From NCBI RefSeq assembly GCF_000195855.1, contig NC_002677.1, positions 1,140,001 to 1,172,000 on the forward strand: a stretch of DNA of 32,000 nt, given 5' to 3'. Numbering within the stretch: the first letter of the stretch is position 1; each line of letters opens with the position of its first letter. The DNA is from Mycobacterium leprae TN (lineage in GTDB: Bacteria; Actinomycetota; Actinomycetes; Mycobacteriales; Mycobacteriaceae). Both the position numbers and the translations under genes were made by a program. Shown here one piece after another: positions 9,760-17,910 of this stretch. The notes beneath the pieces are model-generated. The model worked only from the letters and a program-made list of their open reading frames with translations. It was not told where the DNA came from and ran no database searches.

Positions 9760-10605
9760 GTGAATGTAAGCCAACGTGGGCAGTGGCGCGCGTTGATGCG
9801 GCGTGGACTGGACACCATCACCGATTTGTCCGACTTGCTCGCCAAAAAGATTAGCGTTGTGTTGGATCCGCGTGCCCGCCTGCTTCGCCGTCGCCGCCGC
9901 GCGCTGCGGTGGGGCTTGATTTTTGGTTTCGGGTGCCTGTTTTGGGGCGTGGTGACGGCGTTACTAGCGGCCTGGGGTTGGTTCACGTTGCTGCTGCAGA
10001 TCACCGGCTCCATCGCGGTTTTGCAGGCCATTCCTGCTACGTTGCTGCTGCTTCGCTACCGCTGGCTGCGGTCGGAGCCGCTGCCGACATGGCGGCCCAA
10101 CGGAGTTCGTCGATTACTGCCACCCGGTTAGGCTGCCCCACCTTCGATGTCGGAGCTGGGCGTTTCCGAACTCGGGTTCTTTTCGTTGTTGGGTTTGATG
10201 GGGCAGGGCGAAATGTTCCCTGCAGCCGAAATCCGTGATTTGACCGCCGCGGCTAACCAAATCTTGGTGGCGATGGAGGTCACTGCTGCCCAGTTGGTGT
10301 CGATAGAGCGGGTGGTGTGCTATTTTGAATCATCTTGTTTTCTCTGGTCTCCAATAAAGTAATGATTACTATTGATAATTATTATTGCGTTCACTACATA
10401 GTTGAGCGCCGGTGTCCTTAAGTAAAACGAAATCGTCACTATCGTAGCGAGGTTTATTTCTTCGACGAACCGTGTCGGTGGTTTCCGGGGTAGGGTCGCG
10501 CCGGGTTCGCAGCGGTTTTCCCGTGAAGAGCTGGCCACCGCTGCTGATTCTCTGGCCGTTTGTGCGCAGGTGTTCGACGAACTCGGCGGAATGTCGCTGC
10601 GTTAG
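9760..10605 (+). pseudogene. Rv2743c-like transmembrane alanine-rich protein pseudogene; frame kept, five in-frame stops
   Basis: From GTG 9760 a single frame reads VNVSQRGQWRALMRRGLDTITDLSDLLAKK.. through two TM segments. In-frame stops are TAG 10129-10131, TAA 10360-10362, TGA 10363-10365, TAG 10399-10401 and TAA 10423-10425. The reading ends REELATAADSLAVCAQVFDELGGMSLR with TAG at 10603-10605. Confidence 0.7.
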
Positions 10606-10611
10606 ACAGGG

Positions 10612-10953
10612 TTAGTCCTTGGGGCCCGGGCCGTAGCGCTCGATGTATGTCTGGTGGATATGGGCGTCGCACTTGCGCTTAAGTTGGTTGACGCATTCGG
10701 GGTCCAGGTTGTTGCACGCCCAGCATGTGACGTCACCATATTTTGCTTGAGTGCATTGAGTGCATGCGGGAAGTAAACGAACGGGATGAGGATCGGCAAC
10801 GTCATGCTTAAGTAAACGTTGAGTGTCGTTGGGGGCAACTAGAACGGTATGAATACCAGCACAGCCAGAATCGCGACGCGGACCATCATTTAGATGACGG
10901 CGCCCTTGCCTGGCCGAATCGTTGCCTACCCAGTCTCGCATCGAGTCGAGCAA
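10612..10953 (-). CDS. Hypothetical cysteine-rich small protein (CxxC-x10-CxxC-x6-C-x8-C C-terminus), function unknown
   Basis: The ORF is 113 aa and ends ACTQCTQAKYGDVTCWACNNLDPECVNQLKRKCDAHIHQTYIERYGPGPKD. Another frame just upstream encodes TM-like peptides (MMVRVAILAVLVFIPF*, MTLPILIPFVYF), so it may itself be frame-damaged. It might correspond to the conserved cysteine-rich protein of which M. tuberculosis keeps only a fragment near recA. That link is from memory and unverified. Confidence 0.35.
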   Translation of the reverse strand: MLDSMRDWVGNDSARQGRRHLNDGPRRDSGCAGIHTVLVAPNDTQRLLKHDVADPHPVRLLPACTQCTQAKYGDVTCWACNNLDPECVNQLKRKCDAHIHQTYIERYGPGPKD

Positions 10954-11023
10954 TTCCCATAACAGTTATAGTGAACATATTACAGCGCGTTGGGTTTCGT
11001 GCGGGTGTGTTTGTCTTTCATTG

Positions 11024-11467
11024 TTAGAACGCTGCGTTTAACGACGGGATTCTCAGCGCGACCAGGCTTCGCATGGTTGCCTTGAACAGATCGAACAAAT
11101 CAAAATAATTCCGCCACAACATGATTCGCTTATTTTGCACTTCGAAGGTGCCACAGACCCAGAATTGCATCCAAAGTGGGCCGACGATCACCGCGTCGGC
11201 GCGTTCGCAGAGCACGGCTATAGCCACGGCGGCAATTCGGTGGATCTTTATCTCAAACCCGATACAGTCTGCCATCTTACGCCACAGTGTGATCGTTTTG
11301 CTACGGCCATGGATTGTTGGCAGTCCGACGTTCTGGTAAACACGAGGTTGTCGTCCAACGTCGCGTATGCGGTTTCGTAATCCTGCGTCCTGCAGGGCAG
11401 CCAAGAAAACCTCGACCGTGCGAATGTTTTCAACACCTTGGACAGATGCCTCGGTCAGCTCAGCTAT
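11024..11467 (-). CDS. ephG: Limonene-1,2-epoxide-hydrolase-family protein (EphG/Rv2740-like); canonical start apparently lost
   Basis: The last 147 codons of the 501-aa shadow ORF read IAELTEASVQGVENIRTVEVFLAALQD...IGFEIKIHRIAAVAIAVLCERADAVIVGPLWMQFWVCGTFEV...LWRNYFDLFDLFKA..PSLNAAF. This is open and EphG-like throughout. The codon where ATG is expected is ATA (11465-11467). The nearest in-frame alternative is GTG at 11516-11518. Confidence 0.55.
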   Translation of the reverse strand: MAELTEASVQGVENIRTVEVFLAALQDAGLRNRIRDVGRQPRVYQNVGLPTIHGRSKTITLWRKMADCIGFEIKIHRIAAVAIAVLCERADAVIVGPLWMQFWVCGTFEVQNKRIMLWRNYFDLFDLFKATMRSLVALRIPSLNAAF

Positions 11468-11521
11468 GGCTACCAGCTTAGGGGAAACATGACATAACGG
11501 TGCTATGGCATGGTACACTAC

Positions 11522-12688
11522 ATGCGCGTTGCTGTGGTCGCCGGGCCAGATCCCGGGCACTCCTTTCCCGCGATCGCTCTGTGTCAGCGTTTCGCTGAAG
11601 CGGGGGACACGCCCACTTTGTTCACCGGAGTGGAGTGCGTCGATATCGCGCGGGCCGCCGGTGTCGAGACTGCCCTGCTGGACGGGCTCGTGGCCGTTGA
11701 TGACGATGTCGATGCCGGGGCTAGGATCCATCGGCGTGCTGCGCAGATGGCTGTGCTTAATGTGCCAGTGCTGCGCGACTTGGCTCCTGATCTGATAGTA
11801 TCTGACGTCATAACCGCGGCCGGTGGTATGGCAGCTGAGCTGCTGGGGATCCCGTGGATTGAACTCAACCCGCATCCGTTGTATCTGCCGTCCAAGGGTT
11901 TGCCGCCTATAGGCAGCGGACTGGCGTCCGGTGTCGGCATTCACGGCCGGATGCGAGATGCCACCATGCGGGCGCTTACCGCACGGTCTTGGCGTGCTGG
12001 CCTGCGAGAGCGGGCAGCGGTCCGGGTGCAGATTGGATTGCCGGCTTGCGACTCCGGGCCGCTGCGACGGCTGATCGCTACGCTGCCCGCGCTGGAGGTC
12101 TCTCGTCCAGACTGGCCGGCTGAGGCCGTGGTGGTGGGTCCGTTGCACTTTGAGCCGACTGATCGGGTGTTGCAGATCCCTTCCGGCTCCGGGCCGGTGA
12201 TAGTCGTGGCACCGTCTACGGCGTTGACTGGGATTTCGGGCATGGCGCAGACCGCTTTGGACGCTCTGGTGCCCGGTGACACGTTGCCATCGGGGTCGCG
12301 CGTGGTGGTGTCTCGGCTGAACGGTCCCGATCTGACGGTGCCGTCCTGGGCGGTGGCTGGGTTGGTACACCAGACGAAGCTGTTGGCGCATGCCGACGTG
12401 GTTATTTGCGGTGGCGGTCACGGGATGGTTGCCAAAACGCTGTTGGCCGGGGTGCCGTTGGTGGTGGTTCCTGGTGGCGGGGATCAATGGGAGATGGCCA
12501 ATCGAGTGGTACGGCAGGGCAGTGCGCAATTGATTCGGCCGTTGACCGCTGCGGCGCTGTTAGCTGCGGTTAATAAGGTGCTGTCGTCGCCGGATTATCG
12601 CGAGGCTGCACAACGAGCCGCCATCAGTATCGCTGGGGTTGCAGATCCGGTTCAGGTGTGCCACGAAGCGCTGGGGCTCGCCGGGTAA
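11522..12688 (+). CDS. GT1-family (MGT/UDP-glycosyltransferase-like) glycosyltransferase, Rv2739c-like
   Basis: The ORF reads MRVAVVAGPDPGHSFPAIALCQRF... and carries the GT1 C-terminal nucleotide-sugar motif VICGGGHGMVAKTLLAGVPLVVVPGGGDQWEMANRV. The ORF track starts 12 nt earlier, at 11510. Confidence 0.85.
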   Translation: MRVAVVAGPDPGHSFPAIALCQRFAEAGDTPTLFTGVECVDIARAAGVETALLDGLVAVDDDVDAGARIHRRAAQMAVLNVPVLRDLAPDLIVSDVITAAGGMAAELLGIPWIELNPHPLYLPSKGLPPIGSGLASGVGIHGRMRDATMRALTARSWRAGLRERAAVRVQIGLPACDSGPLRRLIATLPALEVSRPDWPAEAVVVGPLHFEPTDRVLQIPSGSGPVIVVAPSTALTGISGMAQTALDALVPGDTLPSGSRVVVSRLNGPDLTVPSWAVAGLVHQTKLLAHADVVICGGGHGMVAKTLLAGVPLVVVPGGGDQWEMANRVVRQGSAQLIRPLTAAALLAAVNKVLSSPDYREAAQRAAISIAGVADPVQVCHEALGLAG

Positions 12689-12710
12689 CTGATTGGGTAA
12701 GTTGGCTGGC

Positions 12711-12905
12711 GTGCGGTTGACGGAATTCCACGAGCGAGTCGTACTGCGATTCGGTGCTGCATACGGTGCCTCCGTGTTGGTTGATCACGTGCTGACTGGC
12801 TTCGACGGTCGTACCGTCGCCCAGGCGATTGAAGACGGTGTCGAGCTCCGCGATGTCTGGCGGGCATTGTGCGTCGACTTCGACGTGCCCCGCGATCAGT
12901 GGTGA
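12711..12905 (+). CDS. DUF3046-family small protein (Rv2738c-like), directly upstream of recA
   Basis: From GTG 12711 the ORF reads VRLTEFHERVVLRFGAAYGASVLVDHVLTGFDGRTVAQAIEDGVELRDVWRALCVDFDVPRDQW. Its position next to recA is conserved. The ORF track uses TTG at 12693. Confidence 0.7.
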   Translation: MRLTEFHERVVLRFGAAYGASVLVDHVLTGFDGRTVAQAIEDGVELRDVWRALCVDFDVPRDQW

Positions 12906-12941
12906 TTTCGCGGATTGCTGGGACGGCGTGTCGAGACTTGA

Positions 12942-12957
12942 ATCGAACAGATGTTCG
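12942..12957 (+). promoter_or_regulatory. LexA SOS box (Cheo-type, TCGAAC-N4-GTTCGg)
   Basis: Sequence tcgaacagatgttcgg lies about 100 nt upstream of the recA ATG. It matches the mycobacterial consensus TCGAAC-N4-GTTCGA in 11 of 12 half-site positions. Confidence 0.8.
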
Positions 12958-12988
12958 GATATTGTGGTGGTTATTCAGCGATGTCGGC

Positions 12989-13009
12989 TTGTCGGTGGCT
13001 CTCTAGTGT
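12989..13009 (+). promoter_or_regulatory. RecA-NDp-like (LexA-independent, PafBC-type) promoter motif
   Basis: Sequence ttgtcggtggctctctagtgt resembles the published tTGTCRgtg..TAnnnT motif: TTGTCGGTG, then 6 nt, then TAGTGT. The spacing relative to the consensus is not verified. Confidence 0.5.
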
Positions 13010-13055
13010 CACGTCCAACCGACCGGTACCGGTTACCGACTACAGGAGAAGTAAC

Positions 13056-15191
13056 ATGGCACAAGTCCCCGACCGTGAGAAAGCTCTCGAGCTGGCGATG
13101 GCCCAGATCGAGAAAAACTATGGCAAAGGTTCGGTGATGCGTCTCGGTGACGAGATGTGTCAGCCAATCTCGGTCATTCCGACCGGCTCCATCGCACTGG
13201 ACGTGGCTCTGGGTATTGGCGGTCTGCCGCGTGGCCGGATTGTGGAAATCTACGGTCCGGAGTCCTCGGGCAAAACTACTGTTGCACTACACGCTGTGGC
13301 CAATGCCCAGGCGGTCGGCGGTGTCGCAGCGTTCATCGACGCCGAGCACGCGCTGGAACCGGAGTATGCTAAGAAGCTCGGGGTTGATACCGATTCCTTG
13401 CTGGTAAGTCAACCTGATACCGGTGAACAAGCCCTCGAGATCGCCGACATGCTGATCCGTTCTGGCGCGCTCGACATTGTGGTCATCGACTCGGTTGCTG
13501 CGCTGGTGCCGCGCGCGGAACTAGAAGGTGAGATGGGGGACAGCTATGTCGGATTGCAAGCCCGGCTGATGAGTCAGGCACTGAGGAAAATGACTGGTGC
13601 GCTGAGTAATTCGGGAACCACGGCGATCTTCATCAACCAGCTACGTGAGAAGATTGGGGTGATGTTCGGGTGCATGAATTACTCGACCCGCGTGACTCTT
13701 GCGGACGGTTCCACTGAAAAGATCGGCAAGATCGTCAACAACAAAATGGATGTCAGGGTGTTGTCCTACGACCCGGTGACGGACCGGATTGTGCCACGCA
13801 AGGTAGTGAACTGGTTCAATAATGGTCCAGCTGAACAGTTCCTCCAATTTACTGTCGAAAAGTCCGGTAGTAACGGCAAGTCACAGTTTGCGGCGACGCC
13901 CAACCACCTCATTCGCACACCTGGCGGCTGGACAGAAGCCGGTAACCTTATTGCCGGTGATCGGGTGCTTGCCGTCGAACCACATATGCTGAGCGATCAG
14001 CAGTTCCAAGTTGTGTTGGGCTCACTGATGGGTGACGGGAACCTCTCGCCCAATCTGTGCGATCGTAACGGTGTCCGGTTCCGGTTGTTGGGATACGGCT
14101 GCAAGCAGGTGGAATATCTGCAGTGGAAGAAGGCGCTAATGGGCAACATTCGGCATACGGTGCGGGAGAATTCCATGGGCGCGAGTTTTATCGACTTCAC
14201 CCCATTGCCAGAGCTCGTCGAGCTACAGCGCGCGGTCTACCTCGGAGACGGTAAGAAGTTCTTATCTGAAGAGTATCTCAAGGCGCTGACGCCGTTGGTT
14301 CTGGCTATTTGGTATATGGACGATGGTTCATTCACAGTGGGTTCCAAGAGGGTGCAGGAACGTACCGCCGGTGGCAGCGGGCGCATTGAGATCTGTGTAG
14401 ATGCCATGACCGAAGGCACACGTGTACGTTTGCGCGACTATCTGTGCGACACACACGGCTTGGATGTGCGTTTGCGAGAAGTTGGTTCGGCCGGTAAGGC
14501 GGTGCTGGTGTTTTCCACTGCGGCCACTGCGAAGTTCCAGTCATTGATCGCTCCATATGTGGCGCCGTCCATGGAGTACAAGTTGTTGCCGCAGTTCCGT
14601 GGTCGGGGGAGCGTGACACCGCAGTTCGTCGAACCCACGCAGCAGTTGGTGCCGGCCCGCGTTCTCGATGTTCATGTCAAACTGTCTACCCGATCAATGA
14701 ACCGGTTCGATATCGAGGTTGAGGGCAATCACAACTACTTCGTTGACGGAGTGATGGTACACAATTCTCCCGAAACCACGACGGGTGGAAAGGCGTTGAA
14801 ATTCTATGCGTCGGTGCGCATGGACGTGCGTCGGATTGAGACACTTAAGGACGGTGTCGATGCGGTCGGCAACCGGACCCGGGTCAAAATCGTCAAAAAT
14901 AAGGTGTCGCCACCTTTCAAGCAGGCCGAGTTCGACATCCTGTACGGCAAGGGCATTAGCAGGGAGGGTTCACTGATCGATATGGGTGTGGAACAAGGCT
15001 TTGTCCGCAAGTCTGGATCCTGGTTCACTTATGAGGGCGAACAGCTTGGCCAGGGCAAGGAGAATGCGCGCAATTTCTTGCTGGAGAACGCCGATGTGGC
15101 CAATGAGATCGAGAAGAAGATCAAGGAGAAGCTTGGCATTGGCGCGGTCGTGACCGATGACGACATCCTGCCCACCCCCGTCGATTTCTGA
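13056..15191 (+). CDS. recA: RecA recombinase precursor (711 aa) containing an intein
   Basis: An RBS aggaga lies at 13044-13049 and the ATG at 13056. The N-extein reads [33 protein letters not shown] with Walker [10 protein letters not shown]. The C-extein resumes [23 protein letters not shown]...[11 protein letters not shown]. The ORF-track start at 12951 is a spurious upstream extension. Confidence 0.98.
13671..14765 (+). mobile_element. RecA intein (365 codons) with LAGLIDADG homing-endonuclease domain (PI-MleI type)
   Basis: This is an in-frame insertion between RecA Gly205 and Ser. It begins with Cys (tgc 13671) and ends VHN (aat 14763-14765), and is followed by Ser +1. The LAGLIDADG blocks are LGSLMGDGN (14016-14042) and [11 protein letters not shown] (14301-14333). 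Removing it restores the contiguous RecA sequence ..[17 protein letters not shown]... Confidence 0.95.
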
Positions 15192-15672
15192 TCGCGAAGA
15201 GCAGGCACGGATATTGTGCCTGCGCCTGCTCACCGCGAGATCGCGAACGCGAGCCCAGCTATTCGGCCAGCTGGCGAAACGCGGATACGCCGATCACGTC
15301 AGCGAGCGGGTATTGGATCGGCTGGCCGCTGTTGGTCTGTTGGATGACAATGACTTTGCTGAACAGTGGGTGCGGTCTCGGCGGGCGAACGTGGGAAAGA
15401 GCAAGCGTGCATTGGCTGCTGACCTGCGTGCCAAGGGGATCGACAGTGAGGTGATTACCACGGTGCTGGCTGGGATCGACCCCGCCGTCGAGCGGGAGCG
15501 AGCTGAGCAGCTGGTGCGTACCAGACTGCGGCGAGAGGTACTTAGCGAGGACGACGCACGGGTGAGTCGCCGACTGATGGCTATGCTAGCCCGCCGTGGA
15601 TACAGCCAGACCACCATATGCGAGGTGGTTGTCGCCGAGCTTGCAGCCGAACGAGAGCGGCGCCGGGTCTAA
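15157..15672 (+). CDS. recX: RecA regulator RecX
   Basis: The ORF is 171 aa and reads [35 protein letters not shown]...[12 protein letters not shown]. It overlaps the recA 3' end by 35 nt, as in other mycobacteria. Confidence 0.93.
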
Positions 15673-15721
15673 TTAAGCTGCGGGTTAACTCGGTGGGACC
15701 CGGTCGCCGTACTATTGCCCC

Positions 15722-17284
15722 GTGACTTCGGTGGTGACGCGTGACGCAGGCATGGCGGATGATGCTGCGACTGGATCGACACGCACTTATCAGGTCCGCA
15801 CCTACGGCTGTCAGATGAACGTTCATGATTCTGAGCGGTTGGCGGGTCTGCTTGAGGCCGCCGGTTACCAGCGGGCGGCTGACGAAGCAGATGTTGGAGA
15901 CGCCGATGTGGTGGTTTTCAACACCTGCGCTGTTCGTGAGAACGCTGATAACAGGCTCTACGGTAACCTCAGCCACCTGGCGCCACGCAAGCGGAACAAT
16001 CCCGACATGCAAATTGCGGTAGGTGGCTGCCTGGCTCAGAAAGACAAACACACGGTGCTGAGCAAGGCGCCGTGGGTCGATATCGTTTTCGGCACTCACA
16101 ACCTGGGATCGCTGCCTACGCTCCTTGACCGGGCTCGCCACAATAAGGTCGCTCAGGTGGAAATTGTTGAAGCGCTCCAACATTTTCCGTCATCATTGCC
16201 GAGTGCCCGCGAATCCGATTATGCTGCTTGGGTTTCTATCTCAGTTGGATGCAACAACAGCTGTACCTTCTGTATTGTTCCGTCGCTACGAGGTAAGGAG
16301 GTCGATCGCAGTCCTGCTGACATCTTGGCTGAGGTGGAAGCACTGGTTGCTGACGGCGTGCTAGAAGTAACTTTGTTGGGGCAGAACGTCAATGCTTACG
16401 GGGTCTCTTTCGCTGACCCGGCGCTTGCCCGCAATCGTGGTTCCTTCGCCGAATTGCTGCGGTCCTGCGGGAGTATCGATGGACTCGAACGCGTACGGTT
16501 CACCTCTCCGCATCCTGCCGAATTCACTTACGATGTCATCGAGGCAATGGCGCAGACGCCCAACGTGTGTCCCTCCTTGCACATGCCGCTGCAGTCCGGG
16601 TCTGACCGGGTGCTACGTGCGATGCGGCGGTCTTACCGCGTCGAGCGTTATCTTGGCATTATCGGCCAGGTTCGGGCGGCCATGCCACACGCCGCCATCA
16701 CCACAGATCTCATTGTGGGATTTCCCGGTGAGACCGAAGAGGACTTTGCGGCCACGCTTGATGTGGTGCGTCAGGTCCGGTTTACGGCGGCGTTCACCTT
16801 CCAGTACTCTAAGCGCCCCGGAACCCCGGCCGCTGAACTTGGTGGGCAGCTGCCGAAGGCCGTTGTGCAGGAACGCTACGAACGGCTAGTTGAGTTGCAG
16901 GAGCAGATTTGTATGGAGGAAAATCGTGTGCTGATTGGGCGGATTGTCGAACTGCTAGTCACCACTGGCGAAGGACGCAAAGATGCCCGCACCGCGCGCA
17001 GGACTGGGCGCGCACGCGATGGCCGGTTGGTGCATTTCGCCTTGGACACGCCCTGGGAGGCGCAGGTGCGGCCCGGTGATATCATCACCGTGATGGTCAC
17101 TGAAGCAGCGCCGCACCATCTGATAGCCGATGCGGGTATATTAACTCACCGCCGCACCCGTGCTGGGGATGCACACGCCGCCAGGCAGTGCCCACGCAGC
17201 ATTGGGCTTGGCCAAATTCCTTTGGGTATGCCGAGTGTCGGTCAGCATTCGGCTTCGATTGGGTCTGCTGGATGTGCCCGATGA
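15722..17284 (+). CDS. miaB: tRNA-2-methylthio-N6-dimethylallyladenosine synthase MiaB (radical SAM methylthiotransferase)
   Basis: The ORF is 520 aa. It has the UPF0004 N-domain ([16 protein letters not shown]), the radical-SAM cluster motif [11 protein letters not shown] and a TRAM-like C-terminus. An alternative start is the ATG at 15752. Confidence 0.93.
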   Translation: MTSVVTRDAGMADDAATGSTRTYQVRTYGCQMNVHDSERLAGLLEAAGYQRAADEADVGDADVVVFNTCAVRENADNRLYGNLSHLAPRKRNNPDMQIAVGGCLAQKDKHTVLSKAPWVDIVFGTHNLGSLPTLLDRARHNKVAQVEIVEALQHFPSSLPSARESDYAAWVSISVGCNNSCTFCIVPSLRGKEVDRSPADILAEVEALVADGVLEVTLLGQNVNAYGVSFADPALARNRGSFAELLRSCGSIDGLERVRFTSPHPAEFTYDVIEAMAQTPNVCPSLHMPLQSGSDRVLRAMRRSYRVERYLGIIGQVRAAMPHAAITTDLIVGFPGETEEDFAATLDVVRQVRFTAAFTFQYSKRPGTPAAELGGQLPKAVVQERYERLVELQEQICMEENRVLIGRIVELLVTTGEGRKDARTARRTGRARDGRLVHFALDTPWEAQVRPGDIITVMVTEAAPHHLIADAGILTHRRTRAGDAHAARQCPRSIGLGQIPLGMPSVGQHSASIGSAGCAR

Positions 17285-17910
17285 ACGAAGAACCCAATAT
17301 CGTGGACTTCCCGGATTCCAATCCCCTCCAGGCTGCACTTGAGGCAGAGGAACTTCGGGTAGTCCGTGAGATTGATTCTGGAGCAAAGATTTTCGTCTTA
17401 ATAGCGGTCCTGGTGTTCATGCTGCTGGGATCGTTCATCTTGCCGCACACCGGTCAGGTGCGGGGCTGGGATGTGTTGTTCGACAGCCACGGCGCCGGAG
17501 CGGCTGCGGTGGCATTGCCTTTGCGGATATTCGCTTGGCTGTCGCTGGTATTCGGTGTCGGTTTCTCGATGCTGGCGTTGATGACACGGCGTTGGGTGCT
17601 AGCCTGGATTGCGCTGGCGGGTGCGGCGATGGCCAGCATAGTTGGGCTGCTAGCTGTGTGGTCGCGCCAGACCGTGGCTGTGGGTCAGCCGGGTCCTGGA
17701 GTGGGGCTCATCGTGGCGTGGATCACGTTGATCTTGTTGACGTTTCACTGGGCCCGCGTGGTGTGGTCGAGCACAATCGTGCAACTCGCTACCGAGGAGC
17801 AACGGCGCCGGGTCGTTGCGCAGCAGCAGTCAAAGACACTGCTGGATGGCTTGTACAGCGCCGGCAACCGAGACACCAGGACACGATCGGATCCTCAAGT
17901 CGGTAGCTAG
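17281..17910 (+). CDS. Conserved integral membrane protein (Rv2732c-like)
   Basis: The ATG at 17281 overlaps the miaB stop (ATGA). The protein reads [48 protein letters not shown].. with about 4 predicted TM helices. The ORF-track start at 17188 lies inside miaB and is unlikely. Confidence 0.75.
   Translation: MNEEPNIVDFPDSNPLQAALEAEELRVVREIDSGAKIFVLIAVLVFMLLGSFILPHTGQVRGWDVLFDSHGAGAAAVALPLRIFAWLSLVFGVGFSMLALMTRRWVLAWIALAGAAMASIVGLLAVWSRQTVAVGQPGPGVGLIVAWITLILLTFHWARVVWSSTIVQLATEEQRRRVVAQQQSKTLLDGLYSAGNRDTRTRSDPQVGS

Noticed and set aside
10320-10450. The AT-rich island interpreted as a foreign insertion or strong promoter
   Set aside because: The Rv2743c-like reading frame and its residual homology continue straight through it, and the total gene length is normal. 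It is more simply decayed coding sequence.
11468-12529. The upstream 354 codons of the 501-aa minus-strand ORF 11024..12529
   Set aside because: This is a shadow ORF antisense to the GC-rich glycosyltransferase gene. The translation is low-complexity and Arg/His/Pro-rich with no family signature. Only the last 147 codons (EphG-like) look real.
12951-13055. The 35-codon N-terminal extension of the recA ORF in the ORF track
   Set aside because: It contains the SOS box and promoter-like motifs. A good RBS (aggaga) precedes the ATG at 13056, and that start gives the canonical RecA N-terminus.
15581-16183. 200-aa minus-strand ORF
   Set aside because: It is antisense to the well-supported miaB N-terminal domain and has no motifs.
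17188-17280. Upstream extension of the Rv2732c-like ORF
   Set aside because: It lies inside the miaB coding sequence in another frame. The ATG at 17281 gives the ATGA-coupled start.
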